Shown in pieces: positions 26,516 to 38,418 of a DNA stretch of 64,000 bases (the stretch's first letter is position 1; the number at the start of each line of letters is the position of its first letter). The stretch comes from Squalus acanthias (Eukaryota). The stretch is from assembly GCA_030390025.1 (NCBI GenBank), contig CM059448.1:8742001-8806000 (forward strand), given 5' to 3'. Made by a program: the position numbers and the translations under genes. Under the pieces are notes generated by a model. The model was not told the DNA's origin, ran no database searches, and worked only from the letters and a program-made list of their open reading frames with translations.

Positions 26516-27917
26516 TCAACCCAATTGTCGACCAGACAGGATACTCGGTCAGCTACAGAACCGATTCCCGGGAAGAAACCAATCTCTCTGTCCAATAAAA
26601 ATGCTGCCAGATCAGCTGCTCCTGTATCAGCTGATTTTTGCCAGATGTCCCTTATTTAAGTTCCTGCTTGAAGGCGGAATTGGGTGCAGAATCAAAAGCT
26701 CTTGTGTATTTAAAAAAATTATCACCAGTAAAGAGGTAACTGTGGGTAAATGTCCATGGCTGCAACGGTGCTTGACTTATGGGTGGATCATAGATATTTG
26801 CTGGAAAATGGGGTGGTCACATTATATGTAAATATGTACAGTAATCAAACAATACAAATTGAAGGAGAAATGACGGCAAGCAAAATAGACTAATGTAAAT
26901 TAAGTTTACATATAGTAGAAGAATGCAATTATGATGGATTTCAGACAAAAATCTTATTGGTGCATCTAATTTAAATATAAATCTAAATATTATACAAAAT
27001 GAAAATTATATGTAGTTGATATTACAATTGTATGTATTGCTAACTGTTGCATATGTAAAACTTGCACTCCTGTACAATGGTGCCTCCAATGTAGGAAAAG
27101 GTAATTATTTCTGGTAGTTACATTCAATCTGGTACAGTTTCAGTTGCTTGTCTATTCAATTAATAATTATATATCCTAGCGGAGTCAAGTGAGCAATTGA
27201 TTTATGTAAGTAGCTGGCATGGGTATCTGGACCAGATTTATTTATGTAGCTGGTGTGGATAACAGGCACATTTTATTTTGTAAGCGCCTTAGGCTGTTTT
27301 CCTATGTTAAAGGTATATATCACGTTTTTAAAAAGAATCCAGCAATATCACCATAATAGATCAACTGGTAATCATTAGTTTCTCAGCAGCAGCGAATAAA
27401 TATGAGCACATTCCTGTGGGCAGTTTCTAGAAATCCTAGCATAGAACCCAGCACAATTCTATACTATTACCAAAAGATCTCCAGTCTATGTTCTCTTAAC
27501 AAAATGAACGTTGTGGATAAATTTCAGGACCCTTTTTATAATTCAAACATTTATGATTAGAGTCACTGGTGTGCAAGAAGAGACATCTTTGGTTTTAATT
27601 ATAAATCAGGAAAATGAAGTTTATTATTAAAAATTAATACATAGCGGTTTAAAAAATGCTAGAGTTGGACAATGTAATTTTTATTTTACAATTCAGAAAC
27701 CTCTTAATTCTAACTAGCCCTATGTACAGGTGAATTATCCAGGTTTCTTTCACTTGAAATAAAAGGTAAATTGCTGCATCAACGATTCATGTAGCTCTCC
27801 TTGCAGTGATTTATACCCAATTTGATTTCTAGTCATATTTTTTCAAAAGAAACTAACACTGATTTCAAAAGCTCAGTTTCCATGACTCCTAAACAGTTAA
27901 TTATTTATCTGTGGCAG

Positions 27918-28019
27918 TTGGACTTAATCACAGACCTATTGGGAACTCCATCACTAGAAGCCATGCGGACAGCATGTGAAGGTGCCAAGGCTCACATACT
28001 CAGGGGTCCTCATAAGCAG
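27918..28019 (+). CDS. NLK: NLK internal exon (102 bp): LDLITDLLGTPSLEAMRTACEGAKAHILRGPHKQ
   Basis: ggcAG 27916-17, GTaaga 28020; phase 0/0. Confidence 0.96.
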
Positions 28020-28284
28020 GTAAGATTCCTTGCATCAGATTTTGCAAACACTAAGCTCCTTGGTTTGCCTGTAAGCAGCACTGCTGAGTGAAAGAAAGTC
28101 ACCAAGCAGATCATAAGTTTATGGGTTGTATGTATATACTTGGCAAAAAGTTTTAAACGACAGTTCTTGTTGCTGTTTGTATGTTATCTTTATTATACAA
28201 CATAATCACTTTCATGAAAGGAATCCCAGTTTAAAAATTGTTGAAATAGCTGTTTATGCCAGTAACATTACTTTTTAGAATGTC

Positions 28285-29300
28285 AGTTTCCTCTGCACTC
28301 ACTCATAATTGGGATATAGTTCCTCAGATATTGGCACTCCCTCCAGAATCTCATCCCAGAAGCCATTTATCTGTGAGCTGAGATGATGTGTCAATAAGTT
28401 ATTCAACCATGAAGACACTGGCCCAGATTTTGTGGTCAGCAGCAAATGAGCGGCGTTAGCCTTACACTTGCCCACAGACTTTCTATGGGCTTTTGCACTG
28501 GAACTTGTGATTAGAAATACAAAACAGTGCGATGCCCTCTACAGGGGATCTGGGACCTGGGTGAACAGGACAAGCAAATGTGTATCTCCTTAACCAATCA
28601 GATTGAAGAAACCTTACTGAAGTTAGAATAGTTAATTAATGCCAAATCATGTACAGAAAGCAAAATAGAGAGGAACGAAAGATAGGATGGAGAGAGATGA
28701 GACAAAGAAAAAGTTTATAAAAAAATATATTTAAAAAAATCTCCCAACAATTTAAAATCTGAAGGAATGAGACTCCATACTTGTAAAAGTTAATTTTCAG
28801 TGAGAGGTTGTTTGGCAATAATTAAGACTTACTTCACTTCCACTTGAATGGACAAACTCAATTTTTCTGCCGAGTTTAGTGGGTATCTAGTGGGTAAGTA
28901 CCATAACTTCACGCCTTTCATGTATTTAAATGGCGAGTCTCTTCAGGAGATACAGATAGTGAAGCTTGTGGAGGAGCAGGGCAACTCTGACAGCAACTTC
29001 CTGATTTCTGCGTTTAACTGCGCATGTGCTGATGCTGGAAGTTGCTATCCGATTTACTACCTGAGGCTAGCCTCACCGTTATTTCTACTGTAAAGTCCGG
29101 TCTATTACAACCAAGCATAATCTGTCATCACCTGATAATGTGCACTTTTCCAGCCAGTGTCACTGGATAATGATCAAATTGGAAACCTTGGAAGGCCTTG
29201 CTCACCAAGCCAGGGGACACTGAGATTAGCACAACTTATATTTACAACACTGCAATAGCTGAATCTTAACTAATTCCGCACTCACCACAACTTGAATAAG
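28285..29300 (-). mobile_element. SINE family X copy split by the Harbinger-like element
   Basis: Left part 28285-28419 and right part 29104-29300 rejoin as a family X body. Confidence 0.55.
28420..29103. mobile_element. Non-autonomous PIF/Harbinger-like element, family A
   Basis: ggcccagattttgtggtc left TIR, decayed right TIR actgtaaagtccggtct; flanks ACT/ATT; high similarity to the 37676 copy. Confidence 0.8.
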
Positions 29301-29787
29301 GACTTTTTTTAAATGTCTAATTCTACAGGAAATAAAATTTGTTTGTGTTATGGCTGTTGCATGCTATGTTTGGATTTATGAATTTGTGCCTCAGTCCACA
29401 AAAACAGTATAAATAACATGGAGTTGCTCCATTTTATAAAGGCCTGAGCTGCAAAATTGTTAGGCTCATTATAAATTGCTGCAAATCACCTGTCATTTTC
29501 TGCAGGAATGGAAATCTCCATGTTTCGATGATTGATTTAATGCTATCCAGTTAACTGACCAAATTTAGCGAGCTATAACTTTAAGCCCTGGGAGATTGCA
29601 TTCAACTTGGATCGTGCCCATTCGAACAATGTGTTTTCTGCAGGGGCTGTAGTACAAACGGCTTTAGATGATGCACTTTTGAAAGCATTGACTTTCTCGC
29701 ATTATCACTGTACAATTGCTGGATCACTATTCCTTAACCTTTGCAAAGGCACTTTTACCTTTATTGATGAAGACAAGAATTTATTAT

Positions 29788-30015
29788 AAAAGCAAAATAC
29801 TGCGGATGCTGGAAATCTGAAATAAAAACAGAAAATGCTGGAAATACTCAGCAGGTCAGGCAGCATCTGTGGAGAGAGAAACAGCGTTAACGTTTCAGGT
29901 CGAACTGGAAAAAAAAAAGTTCTGACGAAGGGTCATTGACCTGAAACATTAACTCTGTTTCTCTCTCCACAGATGCTGCCTGACCTGAGTATTTCCAGCA
30001 TTTTCTGTTTTTATT
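29788..30015. mobile_element. Penelope-like element terminal repeat in inverted arrangement, 15-bp TSD
   Basis: TSD acaagaatttattat at 29773-29787 and 30016-30030; ~80-bp inverted arms (29821-29900 vs 29938-30015); hammerhead core inside. Confidence 0.8.
29918..29954 (+). ncRNA. Minimal type I hammerhead ribozyme motif (probably carrying one helix III mutation)
   Basis: AGTT-CTGACGA-agggtcattgacct-GAAA-catt-AACT: conserved core boxes, helix II ggtc/gacc, helix I AGTT/AACT; the inverted arm preserves GAAACGTTAAC. Confidence 0.65.
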
Positions 30016-31055
30016 ACAAGAATTTATTATGATCTATTAGTCTTCCTGTAGGACCATTTATGGTAGACAGACTTGCTTTTCTGCACACACACAGATGTCT
30101 TCATCAGTTGCAAACTATAAACTTTCAAAAAACATTATATAAAATGACCACTCCTAGTGACCTAATGAAGGTATGAACTCAGACATCCTCTTCAAAAAAA
30201 AAATACATGAGAGTGGGCAATCTGGGAGTATGCAGGACAAGTCCAGGAATTGCTCCTGTGTATTTGAGGCAAGCAAGCAAATGCATAGACTTGTTTTTTC
30301 CAAGTGTAGCAGAACAGAGGACATCTAATCCAATGACATCACAAGACTGATGTCAATCTATGTCTGCAGTGCTGTTGGAGCACCAGAGATTGGATCATTG
30401 AGATTTGGGAGTGCTGTAGACAGCACACCCTCCAAATAGTGCCCTTACTCTCCCTATGCCTTTAAATGTACCTTGCTTTCTCTTTTCACGAGTTTAAAAT
30501 TTCAACATAGTTATATGCTGACCCTAAGGTTGCCTCTTTTTGCTTTATGTACTTTTGTGCTTGGTTAAGCATTGTGGCTGGAGAGATGCAGAATATCATT
30601 GATTCTGGCTTCTTTGTTCTGTGCCTTCCAAGTGCCTTAGTAACTTCAAGGTTACTGCAGACAGACCTTCATTCAGCTACTTAGCAAATTAATTCTGCCA
30701 GCGACTTTCTCGGCCCTTAGACTTAAATTGACTTGTTGCTTATTTATTGTGACATTCAGCTGACCTCATGAGCTGCCAGTAGTATAAGAAGGTGGCATAA
30801 ATTATTGATTTGCAAATTCATCTCATCTGAATTCAAAGTTTCCAATTTCATGATTGAGTTTTTGCTACTAGAAAATCAAAGTGGCCAAATTAAAATAAGT
30901 ATTTCAAATAATTAAATATCTACTGTAGTTTTCACTGATTTATCAAATAGTTTTGGAAACTGGCATTTAATCAGAATACTAGTTACATTTAATATCCGTA
31001 TTTGTATATCCTATTATTTTGTATTTGTTTTGTAGCAGCTATATTGAACAAAGTA

Positions 31056-31460
31056 CAGGAAACTTTCGTTTATCCGGCATCGACGGGACCGGCGTGGTGC
31101 CGGTTTATCGAAAGTACCGGATAACAGAGAGTTATATCTACCGAGGCTATTTTTAACAAAGAGACTCCAAGCAGCACGGGAGAATCTACTCATGCTACTG
31201 CAATGTTTCGGACTTGCGACAGCGCCAGGAGGCCGAGTAGTGGCACTTTTGAAAAGTACCCCTCCTGACTAAATCGGCGTTCGCGGACTCGGGATCGGCA
31301 ACATTGCCGGTTATTTGAGAGGATTTTTCGGAGCACTCGGCGTTCGCGGAGACTCGACTGCGACTCGGCAACATTGCCGGTTATTTGAGAGGAGTTTTCG
31401 GAGGATGATTTTTGCCGGTTAAGCGAGATATTTGGGTGCCGGATAAACGAAAGTTTCCTG
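31056..31460. mobile_element. Tc1/mariner-pogo (Tigger-like) MITE, 405 bp
   Basis: Perfect 24-bp TIR CAGGAAACTTTCGTTTATCCGGCA; TA TSD at 31054-55 and 31461-62; CpG-rich. Confidence 0.93.
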
Positions 31461-31789
31461 TACTATGCAGCTTTAGAACTGATTTTCAAGTGCTTCCAGT
31501 TAAACCAGTCTGTAATCACCACAGTGGCAGCTGATCTAATGCTGTTCAAATCTGATCTTTCAACTTGTTGAAACTGAAATTAAAATGGTCTCTGACCAAT
31601 TTCACTATCCTTGATAAAAGTAAGCGTCGTTCATACTTTTTAAGCAAATACACTTTTTTAGCAATAATGAAATGCAAGTGTTTTACGATACAAACTGGAC
31701 TTGAAATTTCTACTAGTGCTCTAACCCCCCAAATTTGAATTGATGAAAAATTAAAATTATAAATGCCTTTTTAAAAATTTGTTTCAAGT

Positions 31790-32150
31790 ATTTTCCCCTT
31801 GACTACTGAAGACACTGATCATGCTGCACATCAAGGTACTGGCCATTTTCTTGCAAATCAGTTGGTCCTCCTTTATTTGACAATCTGTTTGTCAGGCTAT
31901 TTCACATGGAGGTCTTCACAATTGAGCCCATTACTATTCTCACCTGATGACCACCAATGCACACTCTAGATCAGGAGTTAATGGATAGGAGTCAGGAGTG
32001 GGAGCCTTGGCTTATTTTCCTGTCTCTCTAGCCCAAGGGTGCTGAAGGTAATTGTAGCATTCCTACTGCCACCCTGGCTGAGATCAGCTAACTCAATACA
32101 GACTGGGAATTGAACTTATGATCTTCCAGATCTCTCTGACTTAATTTCAC
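31790..32150 (-). mobile_element. SINE family X copy
   Basis: ctgagatcagctaactcaatacagactgggaattgaac and other shared blocks. Confidence 0.7.
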
Positions 32151-32751
32151 AATGGCAGTTCCTTGCTTCCTCTAAAAGGAGCTGGTGTACCTTTCTTCAA
32201 GACATTCTTTTTGGAAGGCACACCTATTTATTTTCTTCAATTTTCACCCTTCTAATGAGTTGGAGTGATTTGTTGCCCCATAACATCTGCCTCTGTAGCA
32301 AACACAGTGAGGGAAATAAGCTTGGGGAAAGAATGTGGCTGCAGTTATACATAGAAATACATAAAAGTTACAACACAGAAACAGGCCATTCAGCCCCAAC
32401 TGGTCGGTGTTGCTATTTATCTTCCATGCTAGCAAATAGTTCAAATCACATTTATCCACCTTATTCCCATATCCCTTCAACCCCTTTTCCTTCATCCACC
32501 TATTGAGTATAATCTTGAATGTTGACATAATTTCTGCCTGGACCACTAACCCTGTAACTGAATTCCACAGCATCACAACAACGTGTAAAGACGTTTCCCT
32601 TGCTCTTTGTTTTAAATCTTACATTTAATCTTGTATCTATGGCCCCTCAACTACTAGAAACTGTCTGCTTCCATTTATCATGTCTCATCCTTGCATAATT
32701 TAAACACCTCGATCTGCATTGTTCTAATGAAAAAAACACCAATTTTTCAAA

Positions 32752-33381
32752 GGACGCGACTGCCGCCAACAACATAAAGCAGTTGTGCATGTGCAGTTCC
32801 AGTGGTTTTTTTTGGTTGTTCTCGCCGGACTTCCACAGATTGGTGAGAGAAAGGTGAGGGGTGGAAAATGAAGGTATTGAGGTCTGTAATGTGACTTGAA
32901 GGTGATATTAGGATGTTGTCAGCTTGAGAGTTTTATTGTAATCTTGCGGAGTGTTATCACTATCGGGTCCTCTCTCTGTTGTGGTTTGAACACTCGGCTG
33001 GTGAACAGAATGCAGGCGTAGGATGTTAGGATTTAATCGGCTGGGAAAAGGATCATTGAGAAATAGAGTAGACACACTGCCGAGAGATAGAGAGGAGCGC
33101 TAGACAAAGAGACTGGGGAGAGCGGAGAAGGAACGCGAAATGAGAGAGAGTGGCAGAGGTGTGATTAATTCATCAGAATGAACTGCTAAGACTTCCAGTA
33201 CAATTTAACAAGGAAATGTGACTTGAAGGTGATATTAGGATGTTGTCAGATTGAGAGTTTTATTTTCGCCATCAGCTCCTCTGTCTGTTGTGGTGAACGT
33301 TACTTTTTCAAATTTGGGACCTGACATTTATGCGCAGAATGCTTCTGCGCAGCTTCCGGTTCGTTAGCAGCAGTCACTCTG
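32752..33381. mobile_element. Non-autonomous DNA transposon with 9-bp TSD (Mutator/MULE-like)
   Basis: tttttcaaa at 32743-51 and 33382-90; imperfect in-register TIRs (gcgactgccgccaac vs gtgactgctgctaac); interrupts the CR1. Confidence 0.65.
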
Positions 33382-34055
33382 TTTTTCAAATCTGTCTTCA
33401 CATTTGTATTTCCGGCTACCAGGCAGCATCCTAGTGAATCTGCATTGTACCCTCTAAAGCCTCATAATCCTTCCTATAGTTTGAAGCCCAGTACTGCGGC
33501 GCATAGTGCTCTTAAGTGATCTTAAGGTTCTATGTAGGCGTGTCATTGCCTCTTGGCTTTTATATTCTACACCGCCAGAGATAAAACCTAGAATTCTTTT
33601 AGCTCTTTTTATAACCTTATCAACCTGAGGTGCTACATTTAATGTCCCGTGAACCTGTACCCCGAAGTCTCTGTTCTTCCACATCACCGAGCCTACTTCC
33701 ATTGAGTTTAAATACTGTTTTTTTTTTAACCAAATGGTGTCACCTCACTATTACGGACATTAAATTCCATCTTTTTAGCCAATTCCTTCACCTTATCGAT
33801 ATTGTTTTGCAGCTTCCTTTGATCTTCTAAAGAATTAACTCTCACTTTAGTATCGTCTTCATATTCTGACACCACTCTCTTTCGACCTATATCCAAATCA
33901 TTGATGAACACTGTGAGCAAAAGTGGCCCCAGAACTGAACCCTATGGGACACCATTACCCACTTCCAACCACTCTGGGAAAAACTGCCCTTAACTCTTTC
34001 AAACCAATTTTATTCCAGTTTGCTATCCTCCCCCTAATTTCACACCACTTAATGT

Positions 34056-35265
34056 TGCCTCCCAAATCCGTGCCCATCTTTCACGCAACTCCATGTTTGA
34101 ACCATCTCCAATCAGGTTTCCGCCTCTACCACAGCACTGAAATGGTCCTAATCTAAGTCACAAATGACATCCTCTGTGACTGTGATCATGGTTCACCAAC
34201 CCTCCTCATCCATATCCACTTGTCTGCAGCCTTTGGCATGGCTGCCCACGCCATCCTCTTCCAATGCCTCTTCTCCATTGTCCAGCTGAGTGGGTTTGCC
34301 CTTGCCTGGTTCCACACTCTCTTCATTCTCGGGATGTGGGTGCCGCTGGCAAGGTTGGCATTTATTGCCTATACCTAGTTGCCCTTGAGTTTGTGGTGGG
34401 TGCCTTCTTGAACAGCTGTAGTCCCTGTGGTTTAGGTGCTCCCACAATGCTGTTAGGCAGGGAGTTCCAGGATTTGGCCAAGTGTCAATAAAGTAATGGC
34501 GATATATCATATGTCCAAGTTAGGATAGTGTGTGACTTGGAAGTGATGGTGTTCCCATACACCTGAGGCACTTGTTCTTCTAGGTGGTGTAGGTCGCTGG
34601 TTTAGGTGGCGCTACCGAATAAGCCTTGGCGCGTTGAGGAACTTGCTGCCCCTCTGCAACAACGTCAGTAATATCGCCTGCCTCTGCTGCTGCCTCAGCT
34701 TACCTACTGCTGAATCCCTCATCCATGCTTTTGTTACCTCCAGAGTCAAGTATTCCAATGCTCTCCTGGCCAGCCTCTCTCTCCCAGCCTCCATAAATTT
34801 GAGCTCTGCTGTCCATATCCTAACCGCACCAGTTCCTGTTCGACCATCACCCCTGTGCTTGTTCAATTGGCTCTTGGTCCACCAATGCATCAATTTCATC
34901 CTAGTGTTCAAATCCCTCCATGGCCTCACCCCTCCCTCTCTTTGTAAGCTTCTATGGCTCTATTGCCCTCCAAGAACTCAGCATGCCTCCAACTCTGGCC
35001 ACTTGTGCATTCCCCACTCCCTTCGCCCGAGGATTGGTCGGCGTGCCTTCAACCGTCCAGGCCCTAAGCTCTGGAATTCACTTCCTAAACTTCTCCACCT
35101 CTCTCTCCTCCTTTTAAGACACTTCTTAAAACATCTCTTTGACCAAGCTTTTAGTCACCTGATCTAATATTGCCTCCTTTGACTCGGTATCAATTTTTAT
35201 TTGATTATGCTCCTGATATGCCTTGATGTTTTACCGTGTTTAAGGTGCTATATAAATGCAAGTTG
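34056..35265 (+). mobile_element. L2 LINE 3' portion (internally deleted)
   Basis: LQSGFRLYHSTE, AESLIHAFVTSRVKYSNALLA, GRRAF..GPKLWNSLP peptides; tail gtgctatataaatgcaagttgtt. Confidence 0.88.
34320..34632 (-). mobile_element. 3' fragment of the same LINE family as 1-560, nested in the L2
   Basis: Reverse complement of 230-550 (catttattgcc, agttgcccttgag, gccttcttgaa, gggagttccaggattt, agccttggcg). Confidence 0.8.
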
Positions 35266-36225
35266 TTAATCTTCTCTAGTAATTTCCCATGTGGTCCCTT
35301 GTGAAAAGCTTTCCTAAAGTCCGTGTACACTGCATCCACTAGATTTTCTCCCTCTGTCATATCTGTTAGCTCTTCAAAATATTCTGAGGATTGTAGTGCA
35401 CGATTGACCCTTTTGAAATCCATGCTGGCTACTTCTAACTAATTTCTCTAAGGATGAAATTAGATTAAGATTTTACATTTTCTTTCCTCAACAAGTATTC
35501 AATCTCCCTTTTTAAAAATGGGTACTACATTGGCCCCCCTCCTGTTCTCCGGCAGCACATCCACACTCTGGAGCACTGAAATATAATTTCTAGGGCTGTT
35601 GCGATTGTGTCTCTCTCATCTCCCTCAGGATCCGTGGATGTACCCCATCAGGCCCTGGCAATTTGTTTTCCTTTAGAATAACTAAATTATCTTAAACATT
35701 TTTTTTTTAAATTCCTTTTATTGATCATAAGTGAACTCTGTTGAAAATGGCTCTGGCAAGGAAGCAGGCGTGCTTCTCCTTTATAAAAATTCACGTATTA
35801 ATGGAACAATTGTAACAATTATAATCCATTCGTACCATTTGAGGAAAACACCTCATTTTGAACTTATAATGAAGATGCTATTGCTGTTGGTAGTTAATGT
35901 TTGATTCATACCTGGGCCTTTCTTCCATGTCTGGTAATAGTTGATGAATTGAATGGACAACGCACTTCAGAGGTGGTGGAAATGGTGCTACTATTTTCCA
36001 TCTGGGACACAAGTGCTGGATGTGGAGGAAATTTTTTTTTTTTTTTTTTAAAGTCATTGCCAAAGCTTAAATGAAATGCAGTGGGCAAGTATAGAAAATA
36101 ATTGTACAAGAATTATGAATTTAAAATGAACTATGCCTGAGAGTGTTGTACCTCCCCATCTATACTTCCACCTCTAACTTTCAGTTTTTATAATAACAGA
36201 CTTTGCAGCTGGGATTGTGCACCTT

Positions 36226-36585
36226 TAGAGCAGAGAAGATTTGATAGAGGGGTTCAAAATTATGCAAGGTTTTGATAGAGTAGATGGGGAGAAACTGTTT
36301 TCACTGGGAGGAGGGTCAGTAACCGGATAATTGGCAAAATATCCAGGGGGAAATGAGGAAAAAAAATTACGCAGTGAATTATGATCTGGAATGCACTACC
36401 TGAAAAGGTGGTGGAAGCAGATTGAACAATAACTTTCAAAAGTAAATTGAATGTATACTTGAAAGGAGAAATTTGCAGCACTCTGGGCAAAGAACAGGGG
36501 GAGTATGATTATTTGGATAGCTCTTTCAAAGAGCCGGCACAAACGATGGGCCGAATGACCTCCTATACTGTATGATTCTGTGATA
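36226..36585 (+). mobile_element. CR1 3' end
   Basis: gatttgatagagg..ttcaaaattatg, atctggaatgcactacc, gatgggccgaatgacctcctatactgtatgattctgtga tail. Confidence 0.8.
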
Positions 36586-37675
36586 AACTCAAGACCTTTC
36601 CTTTCAGACTGGATTATTTTCTGTTTTATAGAGCCAATTGTTCAACCTGGTGTGATTGGAGGACATTTCCTCAGAGTAGCATGAATTCCCTTGTGAATCT
36701 TGCAGTAATTAAGCTGAATTGTCTGGGAGAGAAGCTGACTGATGAAATGCTAATATAAACTTTGCTACACTGTAGTGATGCCTAGAAATTCATTTCTTGG
36801 GCAGGTGGAGGGAATCTCTCTCTGTTGCAGTTTGAAATTATATCACTGTCAGATCAGGTTATGTCTGCTGTGACCTCTTCCAGATGGAAACCGCTATCTG
36901 ATATTGACAGCCGCAACCTAAGTGGGGAAGGACCTTTTGCTTTTTGACCCTTGGTCCAGCATGACTGCAGGAGATTATTTTGTTCTGCCGGCCATACATT
37001 GGTGTGTTTAAATCAAGAAGGGACTCTTGTTTGAATAAATCTGAAAACAAGAACATAGTTAAGGTATAAATGCGCTTCAGTACCGTTATTTGTTTTAATC
37101 AATATTTGAACTGAAAATATTTGACCCCTGGCCTTTTTGAAGTTATCAGACATCTTGTCCGAAGGCACACTGTTTCAAGAGTGTGTTTCTGGAGCAGAGC
37201 TGATTGTGTAGTTTAGCCCGTGCATGAGTGGCTTGAAGTTAGCAAAATATGACCGGTTATGGTAACTAGGTTAGCAAACGCAGGAAATGGGATTGGTGAG
37301 GTCTCTTCCTGCCAACAAATTGCTGCCCTCCCATTGTACTAAAATTCTATTGAGCAGTTCAACTTTCAAATGTTCTGTATGTAAAAACTGGAACTTGCAA
37401 CAGTGCTATCTCTATGAATACACTTGGTCAAGTAGATCTATTGTGTACAAATTTTGTGTTACTGTACTTAGTACAGTCAAATTCTAATACAAGAATCTGC
37501 TGAATTACAGTTTGAGAGCTTCAGTTGAATAGAAATAGTGCATCAGAATTCTGTATGTTGGCCATCTTTGTACAGCATGGTAGTGAACATTTTAAGATTC
37601 ATAATTCCAGAATTTTAAATGTATGTGTATTCATGTGTCATACCTTTTGGAATTAACAAGTTTTATAGATATATT

Positions 37676-38418
37676 GGTCTGGATTTTGCGGTCAGTGGCA
37701 ACCTAACAACGGTAGCTGTTCATTACACGTACACTTGCCCACAGATTTTCTATGGGCTTTTGTACTGGAATTTGTGGTGATTAGAAATCCAAAATAGCTG
37801 ATGGCTTCTACAGGGGATCTGGAACCTGTGTGACTAGGGCAAGCAACTGTATATCTCCTTAACCAATCAGATTGAAGAAACCTTACTGAGACATGCAGAG
37901 TCTGAACCAGGAAGTGTAAGTTAGAATAGATAATTCAATGCCAAATCATGTACAGAAAGCGAAGTAGAGAGATGGGATAAAGCGACAGATGAGACAAAAA
38001 AGTTTTTTTTTTAAAAACATTTTTTTTAAATCTCCAACAATAATTAAAATCTGAAGGAATTAGACTCCACATTTGTAAAAGTTAATTTTCAGTGACAGAG
38101 AGGTTGTTTGGCAGTAATTAAGACTTACCATGCTGTTAAAAATGTACTTATACTTAAATGGACAAGCCCTAACATTTTCTGACGAATTTAGTGGGCAAGT
38201 ACCCCATCGTCACACCCTTCATGTATTTGAATGCCGAGTCTCTCGGCGAGATACTGTTTTATAGCGCAGCTTCTGGAGGAGCAGGGCAACTCGGACAACA
38301 ACTTCCTGATTTCTGCGTTCAACTGCGCATGTGCGGCCGCTGGAAGTTGCTGTCCGATTTACTCCTTAACGGTGAGCGCTGATAGCCTCGCTGTTACTTT
38401 TACTGCAAAATCCAGGCC
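37676..38418. mobile_element. Non-autonomous PIF/Harbinger-like element, family A
   Basis: TIRs ggtctggattttgcggt / actgcaaaatccaggcc; ATT on both flanks. Confidence 0.82.

Larger units (their letters stand above)
32345..35700 (-). mobile_element. Old CR1 LINE in three pieces (32345-32751, 33382-34055, 35266-35700) split by later insertions
   Basis: Tail acatagaaatacataaaa; FINDLD..YEDDTK; VDAVYTDFRKAFHK peptides in the expected order on the minus strand. Confidence 0.8.

Noticed and set aside
31274-31402. CRISPR-like or other prokaryotic repeat array
   Set aside because: Only two imperfect units inside a TA-flanked MITE in a vertebrate intron; no cas or other bacterial genes in the window
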